A program made the position numbers and the translations under genes. A stretch of 64,000 bases of DNA from Tubiluchus corallicola (Eukaryota > Animalia > Priapulida). Location of the stretch: assembly GCA_030141605.1 (NCBI GenBank), contig JAQGDQ010000057.1, positions 310,001-374,000 on the forward strand, given 5' to 3'. The stretch's first letter is position 1, and each line of letters starts with the position of its first letter. The notes beneath the pieces are model-generated. The model did not search any database and was not told the origin of the DNA. It worked only from the letters and a program-made list of their open reading frames with translations. Positions 32,533-44,277 of the stretch are shown piece after piece.

Positions 32533-32887
32533 ATATACTATACTATACTATACTATACTATACTATACTATACTATACTATACTATACTATACTATACTA
32601 TACTATACTATACTATACTTTAATGTACTGCACTGTACTGTACTTCAACTGTACTGCGCTGCACTGCACTGTACTATACTATATTATACTATACTATACT
32701 ACACTACACTACACTACACTACACTACACTACACTACACTACACCACACCACACTACACTACACTACACTACACTACACTACACTACACTATACTGTACT
32801 ATGCTAACTACACCTCACTATACTATAGAACACTATACTATACTATACCATACCATACCATATCATACCATACTACATTATACTATA
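32533..32887. repeat. Compound pentanucleotide microsatellite (TATAC/CTGTA/CTACA/TACCA)n
   Basis: Directly visible. Confidence 0.97.
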
Positions 32888-34180
32888 ATTATACGTACAA
32901 TATACAATGTATATGTACGTGTACTTATTATACTTATATACTAATTGTACGTATAATAGTATAACACTGCCAATAATTCACATCAAAGGCAGTCGCTTTA
33001 TTTAAATTGTTAATTTAGTATCCAAGTAGTGGGTTGTAAGAATGGACAGCGAGCATGTTTCAGGCGTGTCAGCCTATGCTTAGGGCCAGCTCCACAAATT
33101 TGAACATTTTCCTCAAAACAATCTCGTGATCGTCCTGAGCGTATGCAGAGGTCGAGCTTGCTGATTTTGCTTCAACGCGGCAAAATAGATTCGCGTAAAA
33201 CAGAAGGTAGCATAATCTTATAAAATTTGGTCAAAAAATGGGGATCGGTCGGACACCCCTCGTAGCAGTCGTCTCTTACGTCCACTGCTAAAGGAAAACA
33301 GGTCTAGGCGATGGTGGAATGTACAGTATTATCCGACAATGCCTGGGGCACTCAGACCATACCAGAATGTGAGAACCAAGCAATCCAAAATGCAATAGGG
33401 GGAACCGAAAAGAATTAATCGCAAAAGTGCAATTTGAAATCTTAAAGGGCTAAAGGATTGTAATTTACAAACACGGATAACGAAACAGCATTGCTGTACC
33501 TTCTCTTTGTCCTGTCTCTGCCCTGTCTGCTTACTGGCGAAAACTGGAGTAACGAGATTACTCAGAAGCGCCTATCGCAGTTACGTAGATAATTCTAATT
33601 GAACCACCCAGTTACCTTACTTCCTTTCTTCCAGATATAAGAACAATTTTGCAGGCTCAGCTTTTCCGATTACTGTTAGAGTTGAAATTAACGAACTAAA
33701 ATAAAAGAACTAATCGTTTATTGCAAGTTTTATTTTTTTAAACCTGGGTATTTTCATTTTTTCTTACAATGTTGTGTACTTTTTTAATGTACGATATAAA
33801 TTTTACATAAATTAATTAAATAGGCTACACAATCTGAATAACCGAAAAATTTACCAAACAGAAAAATGGGTTATACCTATAACCGTAGAAAACCAACGGG
33901 AAATTTTGAAAAGGGCTGGCTACACAGCAGATGCCATATATAACCACTAGCTTCAAAATTAATTCATACTCAAAATAAGGGTTTGCACTATTATTAATAA
34001 AAATCCTGATATTGGGATTACAATTAAATAATTAATTACAGTTACCCACGAGAAATCTAGGCGCAAAATTAAATAATAAATCTAATTATAGTCAGAATCT
34101 CTCTATACCCAGAGTGATCTAACTCTTGAAATGTTGAACTGGCTGAACCTTGAATTGTATGAACCTTGGACTGTCACAAT

Positions 34181-34248
34181 CACTGGGTAGTCATTGATAA
34201 GCGGCTGTTTGTGAGCAGAAGATCCCTGGTTCAAATCCAGGTTCTGTG
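34181..34248 (+). pseudogene. tRNA-derived relic / SINE head (possibly His-like)
   Basis: Perfect T-arm cctgg-ttcaaat-ccagg (B box), A-box-like tagtcattgataag, ctg..ttgtga..gcag anticodon-like arm; acceptor stem degenerate. Confidence 0.5.
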
Positions 34249-37200
34249 TTCTATATTTTTCACATTTCTCATTTTCCGCGCTTAGCTTCAAAATTCACTC
34301 AATTATAAGTTAATTGTTATAATAATCTGGTTGTTTAAATTACAAATAGAGAGATGACATAATAAGCGTGAACCGTTTATAGTAAAACGGAATTTTTATT
34401 CAGTCAAGATGTATGATAATAACAAGCAGTGTAACTTGCATAATTAATTGCTAAGCAGTTTCACATACCTGCCTTATTATGACAACGTGTTAAATGCTGT
34501 AAGTCCGGAAGGGCCGACAATTCATATTTGGAATATTTTGTGGAATTCCTGTAAAGTGTGGGGCTCTTTTGATGCATGGCTACTTGCTAGTTCAAGGACC
34601 GAATGTGTACCTGACTGGTTTTGGCCAATCATTCCTATTCAGTACACGAGGCAAGTCCAAAAATAGACACCCACTTGGAAAACTTGCTAAAAGAATATCA
34701 AATTTAAGTGTGTTTCTAGTTCAAAAAATCTGAATCGGACAAGTAAATATCCGCAGTAAAATGAAATGGATTTACGTGACAGCTGAAGTAATGCTTGATT
34801 TAATTTTTTTTATACGAAAACTGATTCAAGGTAGAAACCTGGAGCTGCCATCAAATGCATCACGCCTTCTCTTCATTTACTCTAACGATGCGTGGCCGCG
34901 CGACTACGTCTCCCAGTTATTTCCAAGGTGTGGTTACTTCTCTGAACAATCATATCTGCTTTGCTCTGTTTCTATCCTGATAATTTAATACACAATTCTT
35001 TTGGTTGAGGATGGAAGGATTGAAGGAAGCACTGTGATTAAAGGATGAAGCGTACCAAGCAAGTTTTTAGCATTTTTTATCTAAAGCAACAATTGTCAGC
35101 CATTATTCAAGAATGTATTGAAACTATCTCTTGCTCATCTTCTTCCAGACTCAGGAAAACAGCTGCGGCTGAGATATTTTTAATACTGCTTATCTAGTGG
35201 CGACAAACTGCAATAGAAAATATTAACTTTTATTTAGCTTAGAAACTTTAGTGGTTGAGAAAGTAGAGCGTGGACAAGATGGACATGTGCATTCAGTTTG
35301 CCATTAATCACCATTTTCAGTCTTGCTGTTGGAGATTCTAAGAAATCCTTGTGGAACTCCGTGTGGAAAAACGTGGACACCAGCTTTCAGTTTTTACGCA
35401 GGTACGTGCCACACCCACTTTCTAGATAACACGCATAAGGCTATGTTCTAATTGTGTTTTGAAATGAACTGTGGCTCTTTCATTACAAAAGCAGGCTTTC
35501 ATTTTAAAAGGTTGTAAACCATGAATATGCACGTTGCTTAACATAGGTGTATCATAGTAATACAGCTTTTTGCACGAAACATTATTACTTAGGTTATCCT
35601 ATGGCATCTAACGTAAGTAAACTGTATATTACATTTTAATTTTTTTAAACGTATGCTTAATCAAAATACGTGCTTTACGAAAAGCGTTTCTTGTAAAAAT
35701 TAGACAAAATTCAGCGTGTATTGAGCGTTTTTGTCACATGACGTCAAACTTCAAAAATCATTTTGCAATGAGCATGATTATAAAGTTATTCATTCAACAG
35801 GAAGAATCATTTATGAATTCTATTGTTTAAATATCAGTCATGTACCGCTTTAAAATAGAAATATTGAATTGAATATCTTCTGTTTAGATGTATACTTAGA
35901 ACAGTATTTTTGACTGTATTCATGATTATAATTATATATTCAGCAAAAAAACATTTTTTAAATTTTGTTCTTTAAATTTAGTTATGTGCGCTTTTAACTT
36001 TTATTACTTTCCAGTTTCGCATCGAAAGATTAGACTGGTTTTTCAATATACTGGTTTAGTTAGAACAAAATTTTAGCATCTGCGAATCAAGTACATTACA
36101 ACGCTTTTAATGCATATTGTCGAATATTATGATATTAACTATAACCTTTCATTCGATGAATTTTTAGTCATTTATTGAACATTTCTTTCAATGTTTGTTC
36201 CACTTCAACTTTTTTCAGATAAGCTACATGCCATTAAAGTAGGAAAACTGTAAATTAACCCACGACGGGGCGTGTCTGGTACAGCTGCAGGTATACACAG
36301 GTATGGCATTCCTTACCTGTAGAGCGGAACCGGGCAGGTTTTCACACCGATTGACCTGTTCCCGAGCTGAAAATCGTTCAGCCTGATGATGTGAGATGAC
36401 CGAGATGCAACAGTAGCTACAGTAGATTTCTACCACGTCAAGCAAGGAGTGGCTGAGATGACATCAACGACTACCTTAGTAAACCTTAGTAAAATGGTCA
36501 CATTCACATGGGAGCACAGATGAGCAATCGACTTTTCATAGGGGTAGATGCAACTAACTGTGTTAGTCTGAACTTACATCTGCGCTAGTAGTATTATGCG
36601 AAGGCCTTTTCAAGCAGATACCTGATGTGTTATACCTAACCAAATAAGAGAGCTATTAGAAAACTTATTATAATTAACATCTAATGCCTAGTTTCTAATT
36701 TCGCTAAAGTATTGTTTGTATGCCCGTAAATTTTCATTTAACAATAATCGTTCTACAATTTCTTATTGTGCATAATTAATTAATTAGTCCACACTCCATC
36801 TATTAATCGATAACTTTCTGTTTTACTGGCTGATAGAGCGATTAAACGACTAACCTCAACCTATTACAGCTCATAAAATTCATAAAACATTTTCCGGACA
36901 TTTTATTCATGGCGTGGATTTTAGAAACTAACTAAGCAAGCATCTTGTTCGGAAAAGATTAACGAGATATAATCTGAACGGAGCAAATCATAATGAGAAA
37001 GTGGTATGAAATCTAAATTGTTGTTTGTTGAAAAGTAGCTTGCTAACTTTTGGAGTATTCTTGCAAACGAAACAACACGTCGTACTTAATACACATTTGA
37101 CATACCTGTAATTCTTTATGTAACTGTGTAATTTTAGTGTACTTTCATTAGGTCCTTAATTTTTGCACCCAGGCGAAACCACTTAGCAAGGCTTGTCAAA

Positions 37201-40199
37201 CTGCATCACAGGCGCATTCACTGCTAGGTTTTCATTTTACATTGTATTAAATTTCCGGCAAATGAAACTCGAAGAATTTAATTGAATTTATTAAATCCTT
37301 TGATACCTACAACATTTTTATTTCAAATGCTTTTTTATAACAAAACACGGAAATATAATTTTTGCCGTTTTTCACCTGCGTTCTGCTTGCATCTCAACCT
37401 ATCGTACGCATCGGAAAAATTTGGCGAGTACTGAGACTTGCAGATCGCCATTTTAAGAAATCTTAAATCGCGTTTATCCCAAAAAGTCGATAAGATTCTG
37501 GCAAGATGACGTCCATCACCATGCAAATTTTGAGAATTGTCGTGTCATTTTACATATTTTATACCCAATAATAGAACAATTTGGTTTGATGGATGAACTA
37601 GCGACTAGTACGTTGGCTTTCACGGGTTTCCACTTCTTGCGGAAAGATTTTAAATATTCGCGCATGTTCTCTTGATCCTGTAACAGTACCACGTGAAAGT
37701 GAGTTTTTCAGTGTCTTTTTATGTTTATGTAACTACGACAAAAGTTTCTAGATGAGAATGGTTGTTTAACAAACGATTTTCTCCTGCGTTAACCGTGGTA
37801 AAAAGCCAAGCTGAAAAATTCCCAATCTGACCTAGCCAAGAAAAACTACATCTGCCATACCTAGTCTACACTTATTTTAATAAAATCAGAAGTTTTTGAT
37901 CCAACTGTGTTCTATTAACTAAAATTTACTTTCACAACATCGAATGAAATCAGAATAAGATCCTAATCTGCGAGCATGATGATGTTTTTTCATTTCCCTC
38001 AATTCAGAATCAAGTCGGTCCGCATAACCGTATTTGTCACTTGACTGTTTCTAGTCCGATGTTATTTAATGATGTATGAGTGACCAGTGGCACGGCACTA
38101 ATTAACACTTGACCATACCTTCGAAGTTTTGTGCCTCTACGTGCTATACTGTTCGACTTATTGAGTGTTATGAAACTGTGGCCGAAGTTACCGTTCACCA
38201 CGTCATTGTAAAGATCCTTATAATAATAATAATAACAATAATATATGTCAAGATCATTACCCAAGACAGGTGTACATGCAGCAAGTTTTGTAGCCCTACT
38301 CTGGGAATGCGAGTTAACATGGATTAAAAGTAGATACATAAGAAAAATCGTTGCCAACCATAAACAGTAATAAATAAAAATTAGAGTAAGAACTCTCTTA
38401 AATTCCGTGCTGCTCGAGGAAAATAAAACAAATAGATATCTCCTATCTCAGGCAAATTAATGATAAGAGTGTATTTTTGTATGTTTTGACAATATTCACA
38501 TTTCCGTACTCTCCTATACGTCGAGTTGCGTCTACCTTTGTTTGGGACAATTCGTACAAAAAACACGTATAATGGTGACTGCAATAATTATTCAGCTTTG
38601 CAGGAAATTTACTCACTTACGTAAAGCATGCAGGGACAGTTGGAAAATCTAGCTGTTGTAAAACTACTTTAGATAGTTGGTTTCTCTTTTGTATAGGGAA
38701 AACACTTGCCAAGTTACTGTTAGAGTAACACACCAAGAAAAAGAAGATGGCAAAGAAAGGGCAAATGATGAGTTTAAAAAGAACAAAAAGAAAAAAGAAC
38801 AGGAAAAGAAAAGTTCAGAAAAGAAAAACGATGAATGCAACTTATAATATGTTAGCAATACTACAGAGGAATACAGAAGAAGAAAGTGCGAAGTAACCGG
38901 ATGTGGAGTACTAAAGACAAACAGAACTGCATGTAAAGACCGGCATTGACCGCGGAGAATTTTTATGGTTAAAGATGGGCGCCGATGTTGTCTTTGGTTA
39001 CTCTAGCTGTATGACTGATTTGTAATTTTCATAAAGCTAGGTTTCCAAAGTTAAAAACGGTTGCTGCGTTTCAACGAATCATAACATCATTCCTAAACGG
39101 TTTGCACGAACACACCATGAAACATTTAAACTTGTTCTGTCAACTTCAATGCAACTCAATTTTGTCGCGGTAATTTACTGCTGCACCCCTTCATAAAGGT
39201 GTAATGATGATGGTAAGTCCAACCCAGCAAAAAGTAGGCTGTAAAAAATAAAGTTTTGTCAATGCAATTCGAAAACTGTAAATTTTACCAGCTGTTATGT
39301 AATATTTTAATTACAGCGTCAATTTTACTAAATTTGTCTGGCTTGAACTTGTGTTTTATTATTTATGAATTAAAGTAGTCAACCTGCAAATCTTAATGTT
39401 TTGGAAGGGATATACTTTCAGGACTTTAGAATCTTTTGCAGCCCAGACATTATTTCATGGTTGATTGTAACTAGGTAGTTTAGTAATTCCATGATAAGTT
39501 AAATTTTGTAATTTTCTTTTGTTAAAATAAATTCATACGATTTCTCTTGCGTTCGATGGCGCTAGATAGTCTGCCGTTGGTCGGCCCGGCGAGAGCGAAC
39601 CTAGTACATGCAAGAGGGGCACAGGTAATGCACACCTTGGGCCTCGCATGCCACTCTTTCCGTGTTTACTCTCTACTGAAAAGGACCAGCACGCGCAGCG
39701 TATCACACGCCTTCCCTGATATCATACAGTTATCTTGGTTATTTAGTCTTACATTAGCTAAACGTTGCACTTGAGTTATTATCATTGTTTAGCTATTGAA
39801 ATATGTGTTTAAATTGACTAAATGAAAAGTAACGCATAATGTCGGCTGAAATTTTGTGACTTGTATGCGTGTGCACAATTACTGTGTATTCTTGTGTGAA
39901 TTTTTATTGTGCATTGTGTGTTTGCAACGATTTATTAATTTCTGTTGTCTATCGACATTAATGATATTGATAATTCTAGCTAATTTGAAAAGTTGATTTC
40001 AAATTATTTCAAAGAATAGTTTTCAATGGGCCCACAAAGTTCATTGATCTTCCAAATTTCTCACCGTGAAACAGACTGCACTGCGTTTCGCCACTGTGAT
40101 TTAATATTTCAATAAATTTCTAAATTATACTGCGTAGTGTATAAGTAGCATCGAATCAGCTTTTAACTGCTGTGTAAAGTCACTCCTCATATTTGTGTT

Positions 40200-41660
40200 G
40201 AAACAATGCACTCAAGCAAGCTATTGTCGTTCCACTACATAAAAAGGACATGCAGCTGGCATTAATATTACCAACCAGTTTCACTGTTGCCGTTATTTTC
40301 ACAATTTTTGAAAAAGCTAAGCACAACCAATTGACAGATTTTCTAACCAAACAACTAAATGAAAATTTTGTTTCCGCAAGGGCCATCTTGTGACATAACT
40401 CTAATAAAAGTTTCTGAAAAAAATGTTAAAGTTATTGAATACAACTCGATCAGTGTTGGCAGGTTCTGTGACATATCGGTTTACCATTCTATGTTGCTTC
40501 ATGTACTTAACTATTATGGAATCAATGACATGGCTAATTCACGATTTCGGAATAATTTAACTTATTGCAGCTAGATTGTTAAGTGTAAAAATGCTGATTC
40601 AAACACATAGACATTACACACGACTCAATTCTAGGCCCACTGTTATTTCTGCTTTACATAATTGACATTAACACTTTAAATAAACACTCTAAAGTCTTCC
40701 AGTTTGCCGACGATCTTCTATCTTCGTGGGTTTCATTTTTCCTTCTGCATCAATCATGGACTGCTAACTATCTTCTTACTCGGACTGGTTTAAAGCTAAT
40801 TAGTTGCCATTAAACCCAAATAAAGCAAAATGCATTATTTTACATTCTAAGAACAAAACCATACTGTTTGGGTATTATGGTGACAAATAAACAAAGTCAT
40901 CAAGTACTGCTTAATATGATATTTTATTGTTCGTGCACCATCATCACAGCACATGCCCCTTCGTCATTTTACTCCATATTTGACATGTATTGAGACGCCA
41001 TTTCCCAAAATTACACATTTTATTTGGAATGAAATGCAAATTCTTTTAATAAACTAATTGATTTCTTACCATTAAGTGGAATTAATCAGACTTTCAGTGG
41101 ATAACTAATTGAAATTAAACAAAATATACATACATCTTTGGCATCAACTCATGAGTTACACAGAAAATTTGTCAACGCGTCACTACTACTTTGAACACAT
41201 TGAAACTTGAATGACAGGTATTTAAAACTAGTACGTTAATATTGAAGCCAGATGTCACCACCTAACAGACAAGAACAGGTAAGTTAACATAATCTAATCA
41301 AAACGCACATTTAACTATTATTACTTATATTGTAAGAACAAACTATTTTGTTATTTAATAAATAAAAATCCTTAACACATATCAACACTTAACTTAAAAA
41401 TAGACGATCATCTAATAGAACGAATACACCAAACCAACTTTGGAGGCGAAAGTTTAAGCTGGAATCCACATATAACTACACCGCCAAAACATCGGTGTAA
41501 TATCATTTTATATGACACGTCTGACAAACTCTAACTTACTGACTCTTGTACAACACACTGATTTTGCCACATCTTACCTACTAGAGATAAGATTTGGTGT
41601 AAGCTTATTTCCACCAACTTAAACCAACTCCATACATTAACTACAAAGAAGGTTTACAGT
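40200..41660 (+). mobile_element. Highly decayed L2/CR1-type LINE RT fragments
   Basis: Remnants HSMLLHVLNYYGI, ILGPLLFLLYI, FADD and LILPHLTY. Confidence 0.65.
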
Positions 41661-41859
41661 ACTTAAAAAATTGGGAAGTAAATGTCACTTCTAGACTCAT
41701 CTCACCTCAATGCAATCATCTCACTTTACCTCACCTCACCACAATGTTAAAATACATCTTTCTACTAGTTCTATGTAATTGATGAATGACTGACTTTTTG
41801 ATTAGACTAACTCTTTTTAACGGCTTTGATTTTGACGTCTTTATTCCACCACAGGTAGC

Positions 41860-43500
41860 CTGGCAACACATGCACTCACCTCAGAAGGCGACTGGTGACT
41901 GTATCATGCATGTGGACTGTCATCCTTTCGGTGCTGCTACGTTCTAAAGAAAACACGCCCCACTGTCTAGAGTTGTTTTCGCTAAATCTTTTTGCAGTGT
42001 ATTTATATACGTCTTCTTTTAACTGTGTCAAAGTCTTTTGACATATCCAGAAGAAGTAAGTGTACAGAGTAGGCAATGGATGAAATGGCTATTTCTGTTA
42101 ATAATTTACAAGTTTGAACAAATTGAGAAGTACTACGACCACGTTGGTAAGCTGCTTGAGTTTTAGATATGCATGAGTGTAACTTGGGAAAAATTCGATC
42201 AGCAAACAAATAGCTGTAATATTTCTAATTAAAGTCAATAATACCAGAGGTCATGAATTTTCAAGAGGCCGTCTAGTTTTTCCAGGTTTATGTAAAGGAA
42301 TCAAGGTGCATCTCGTAATGTCATCAAGAAAAATCTCAGTTTTCGTCTACCTTATTTAAAATGCCAGCAATGTTCTTCTAGAGAAAATTTGTTCCACATT
42401 TTACCAACTCAGCATTGAGTTCATCTATTCCAAGGCTTTTGTTGTTTTTACTGACTTTACTGTTCTTTGCATTTCATTTCCTGTAAAGGATTATGCCTCG
42501 TTTTGCATTCAGTGTGTACTAAAGGTTGTTTATTACTATCAAAGAAAATATTCTTGAACTATTTAGAAATAATTTCAACAGCTCGTTCAGGTTCATTTAT
42601 AATTCCCTCTTCCGTTTTTACGTTCAGCTTTTTATTAGCTTTGAAATTCTGTGGAATACGGATGGCTCTAGATTAGTCGTTATTAGAAAACGCTTTAGCC
42701 TCTTCTAATGATTTTTTTGCAACTGTGAATTTGATTCATTGTGCTATTTCATTTCTCTCATTAGTAAGTCGATTTTGGCAGATAATTGCACTGTTGAACT
42801 TTGATATTCTTTCTTCAAGTTGTCATCTGTTAGTTTATCCAAATCGAAATTTTTGTTTTAGTTTTTCATCTTTTCAATTTTGACCAGGTAGTGGCGAGTT
42901 TCAAAACAACCATTGGGTGATCTGTTTCAGTATAAATACCAGCATATACTGTAGAATCATTTACGATAGTTGTTGTGGAGATCCACTAGAATATTGTAGA
43001 ATGTTCTATAGTTTAGTAGAACCAATCTTCTTACCTTGTAGAAGCAATCGTAGATTCTAGAACTTTCTATATGTTTCTAGATTGTTCTGGTGTTGTCCAT
43101 TTGCATTGATATATAAGGCGGAGCTGGCCTCTCAAGTTTATTCTCGTATGCTATTTCCTATCACCTGACTGTACATATTTTGCGTTCCTTCATACTTTGT
43201 GTTGTGGAATTCTCACACAATAAACCAGTTAAATTTGACAATGTGTTTTCTTGTTTTCTCTACGAGCCATCCGGGAGAAAGGAACACAACAATAGTCGAT
43301 AGGTAAGTAGTTGAATTGCTAATATTGATGGTGTGTTCTTTGCCAAGCATTTCAATTTGAAAGTCAGACTTTAAACTTCGCACATTCAATGTTGCAATTT
43401 TAATGTTGTTTTCATATTTCATAATTAAACTATCGCATGAGTCAAATATTCCAGATAGATGACTAATGACTAAAAATATTGACAAATGTCTCAGAATGGT
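41860..43500 (-). mobile_element. Decayed non-LTR (RTE-like) element interrupted by a solo LTR
   Basis: IATLNVRSLK (APE N-terminus), QAAYQRGRST and LLLDMSKDFDTV (RT) on the minus strand. Confidence 0.7.
42971..43291 (+). mobile_element. Solo LTR, 321 bp
   Basis: TGTTGTG...CACAACA inverted termini, perfect 5-bp TSD ATAGT (42966-42970 and 43292-43296), TATATAAG at 43110, AATAAA at 43219. Confidence 0.85.
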
Positions 43501-43711
43501 GACATGACGCATGCGGCATGCTGTTTTTACACTAATTTAAGAGGTGTTTACACTACTTTAATTAAGGGAGACTACTACTGTGCAACCTCAAGTTCTGCTA
43601 CAGATTGCATAAAACTACAGACTTGTGCTATGACTAGGTGATAAAACACAGACAAGAATGCTCACCACCAACAAGTAAGAGCAATAGGCAATTAAATTTT
43701 CAAAAGAAAGC

Positions 43712-43810
43712 CAGCGATTAGTAAGAGCCGCTACCGTAGAGGAGGACAGCGATTTGTAAGAGGCGCTACCGTAGAGGAGAACAGCGATTTGTAAGAGGCG
43801 CTACCGTAGA
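43712..43810. repeat. 35-bp tandem repeat x about 2.8 upstream of ATG 43921
   Basis: cagcgatt(a/t)gtaagag(c/g)cgctaccgtagaggag(g)a units. Confidence 0.9.
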
Positions 43811-43920
43811 TCCGAAGTACGGAAGCAGTCTGAGTCACGAGGGTTCAGTGATGTGGAGCATGTACAACGGTGCGTCAGAGTTACTGAATTTTCGTTTGTT
43901 TGCACAACGTGTCAACAAAC

Positions 43921-44277
43921 ATGGCAGGAACAAAAAAGAAAAGCTTCCGTCTGCAAGTGGTTTTACCTAAAATACTCAATATAGCTTCTTTAGTTTCTTT
44001 GTTTGTTGTACTAGGTGTTTTATCATATAGGTATTATAGTCTTTCGTTGGTGTATATGAACTTGCAGGAAGCAAATGATAAGTTGTTAGACGAATTAGAC
44101 TCCTGTTCTGCTAAAAGGATCGAGGCTCAGGAAAAAGCGGATCGGTCACAAGAAGAAGTTAAGGATCTCACGTTTCAAATTGGTGATGTTAAAAATAAAG
44201 CTTATCAGGCAGAAACTGAAAATAAAGTCGCCACTGATGACCTAAACAGCAAACTTGAAGAGACGTCTGGAAAACTG
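43921..44277 (+). CDS. Type II membrane protein exon 1 (TM plus coiled coil)
   Basis: aaacATGG Kozak-like start; CTG|gtgaat donor. Confidence 0.85.

Noticed and set aside
38690-38970. Lys/Glu-rich stretch followed by Cys residues, like a pogo/PHD transposase tail
   Set aside because: Stops and frameshifts; similarity too weak without a search
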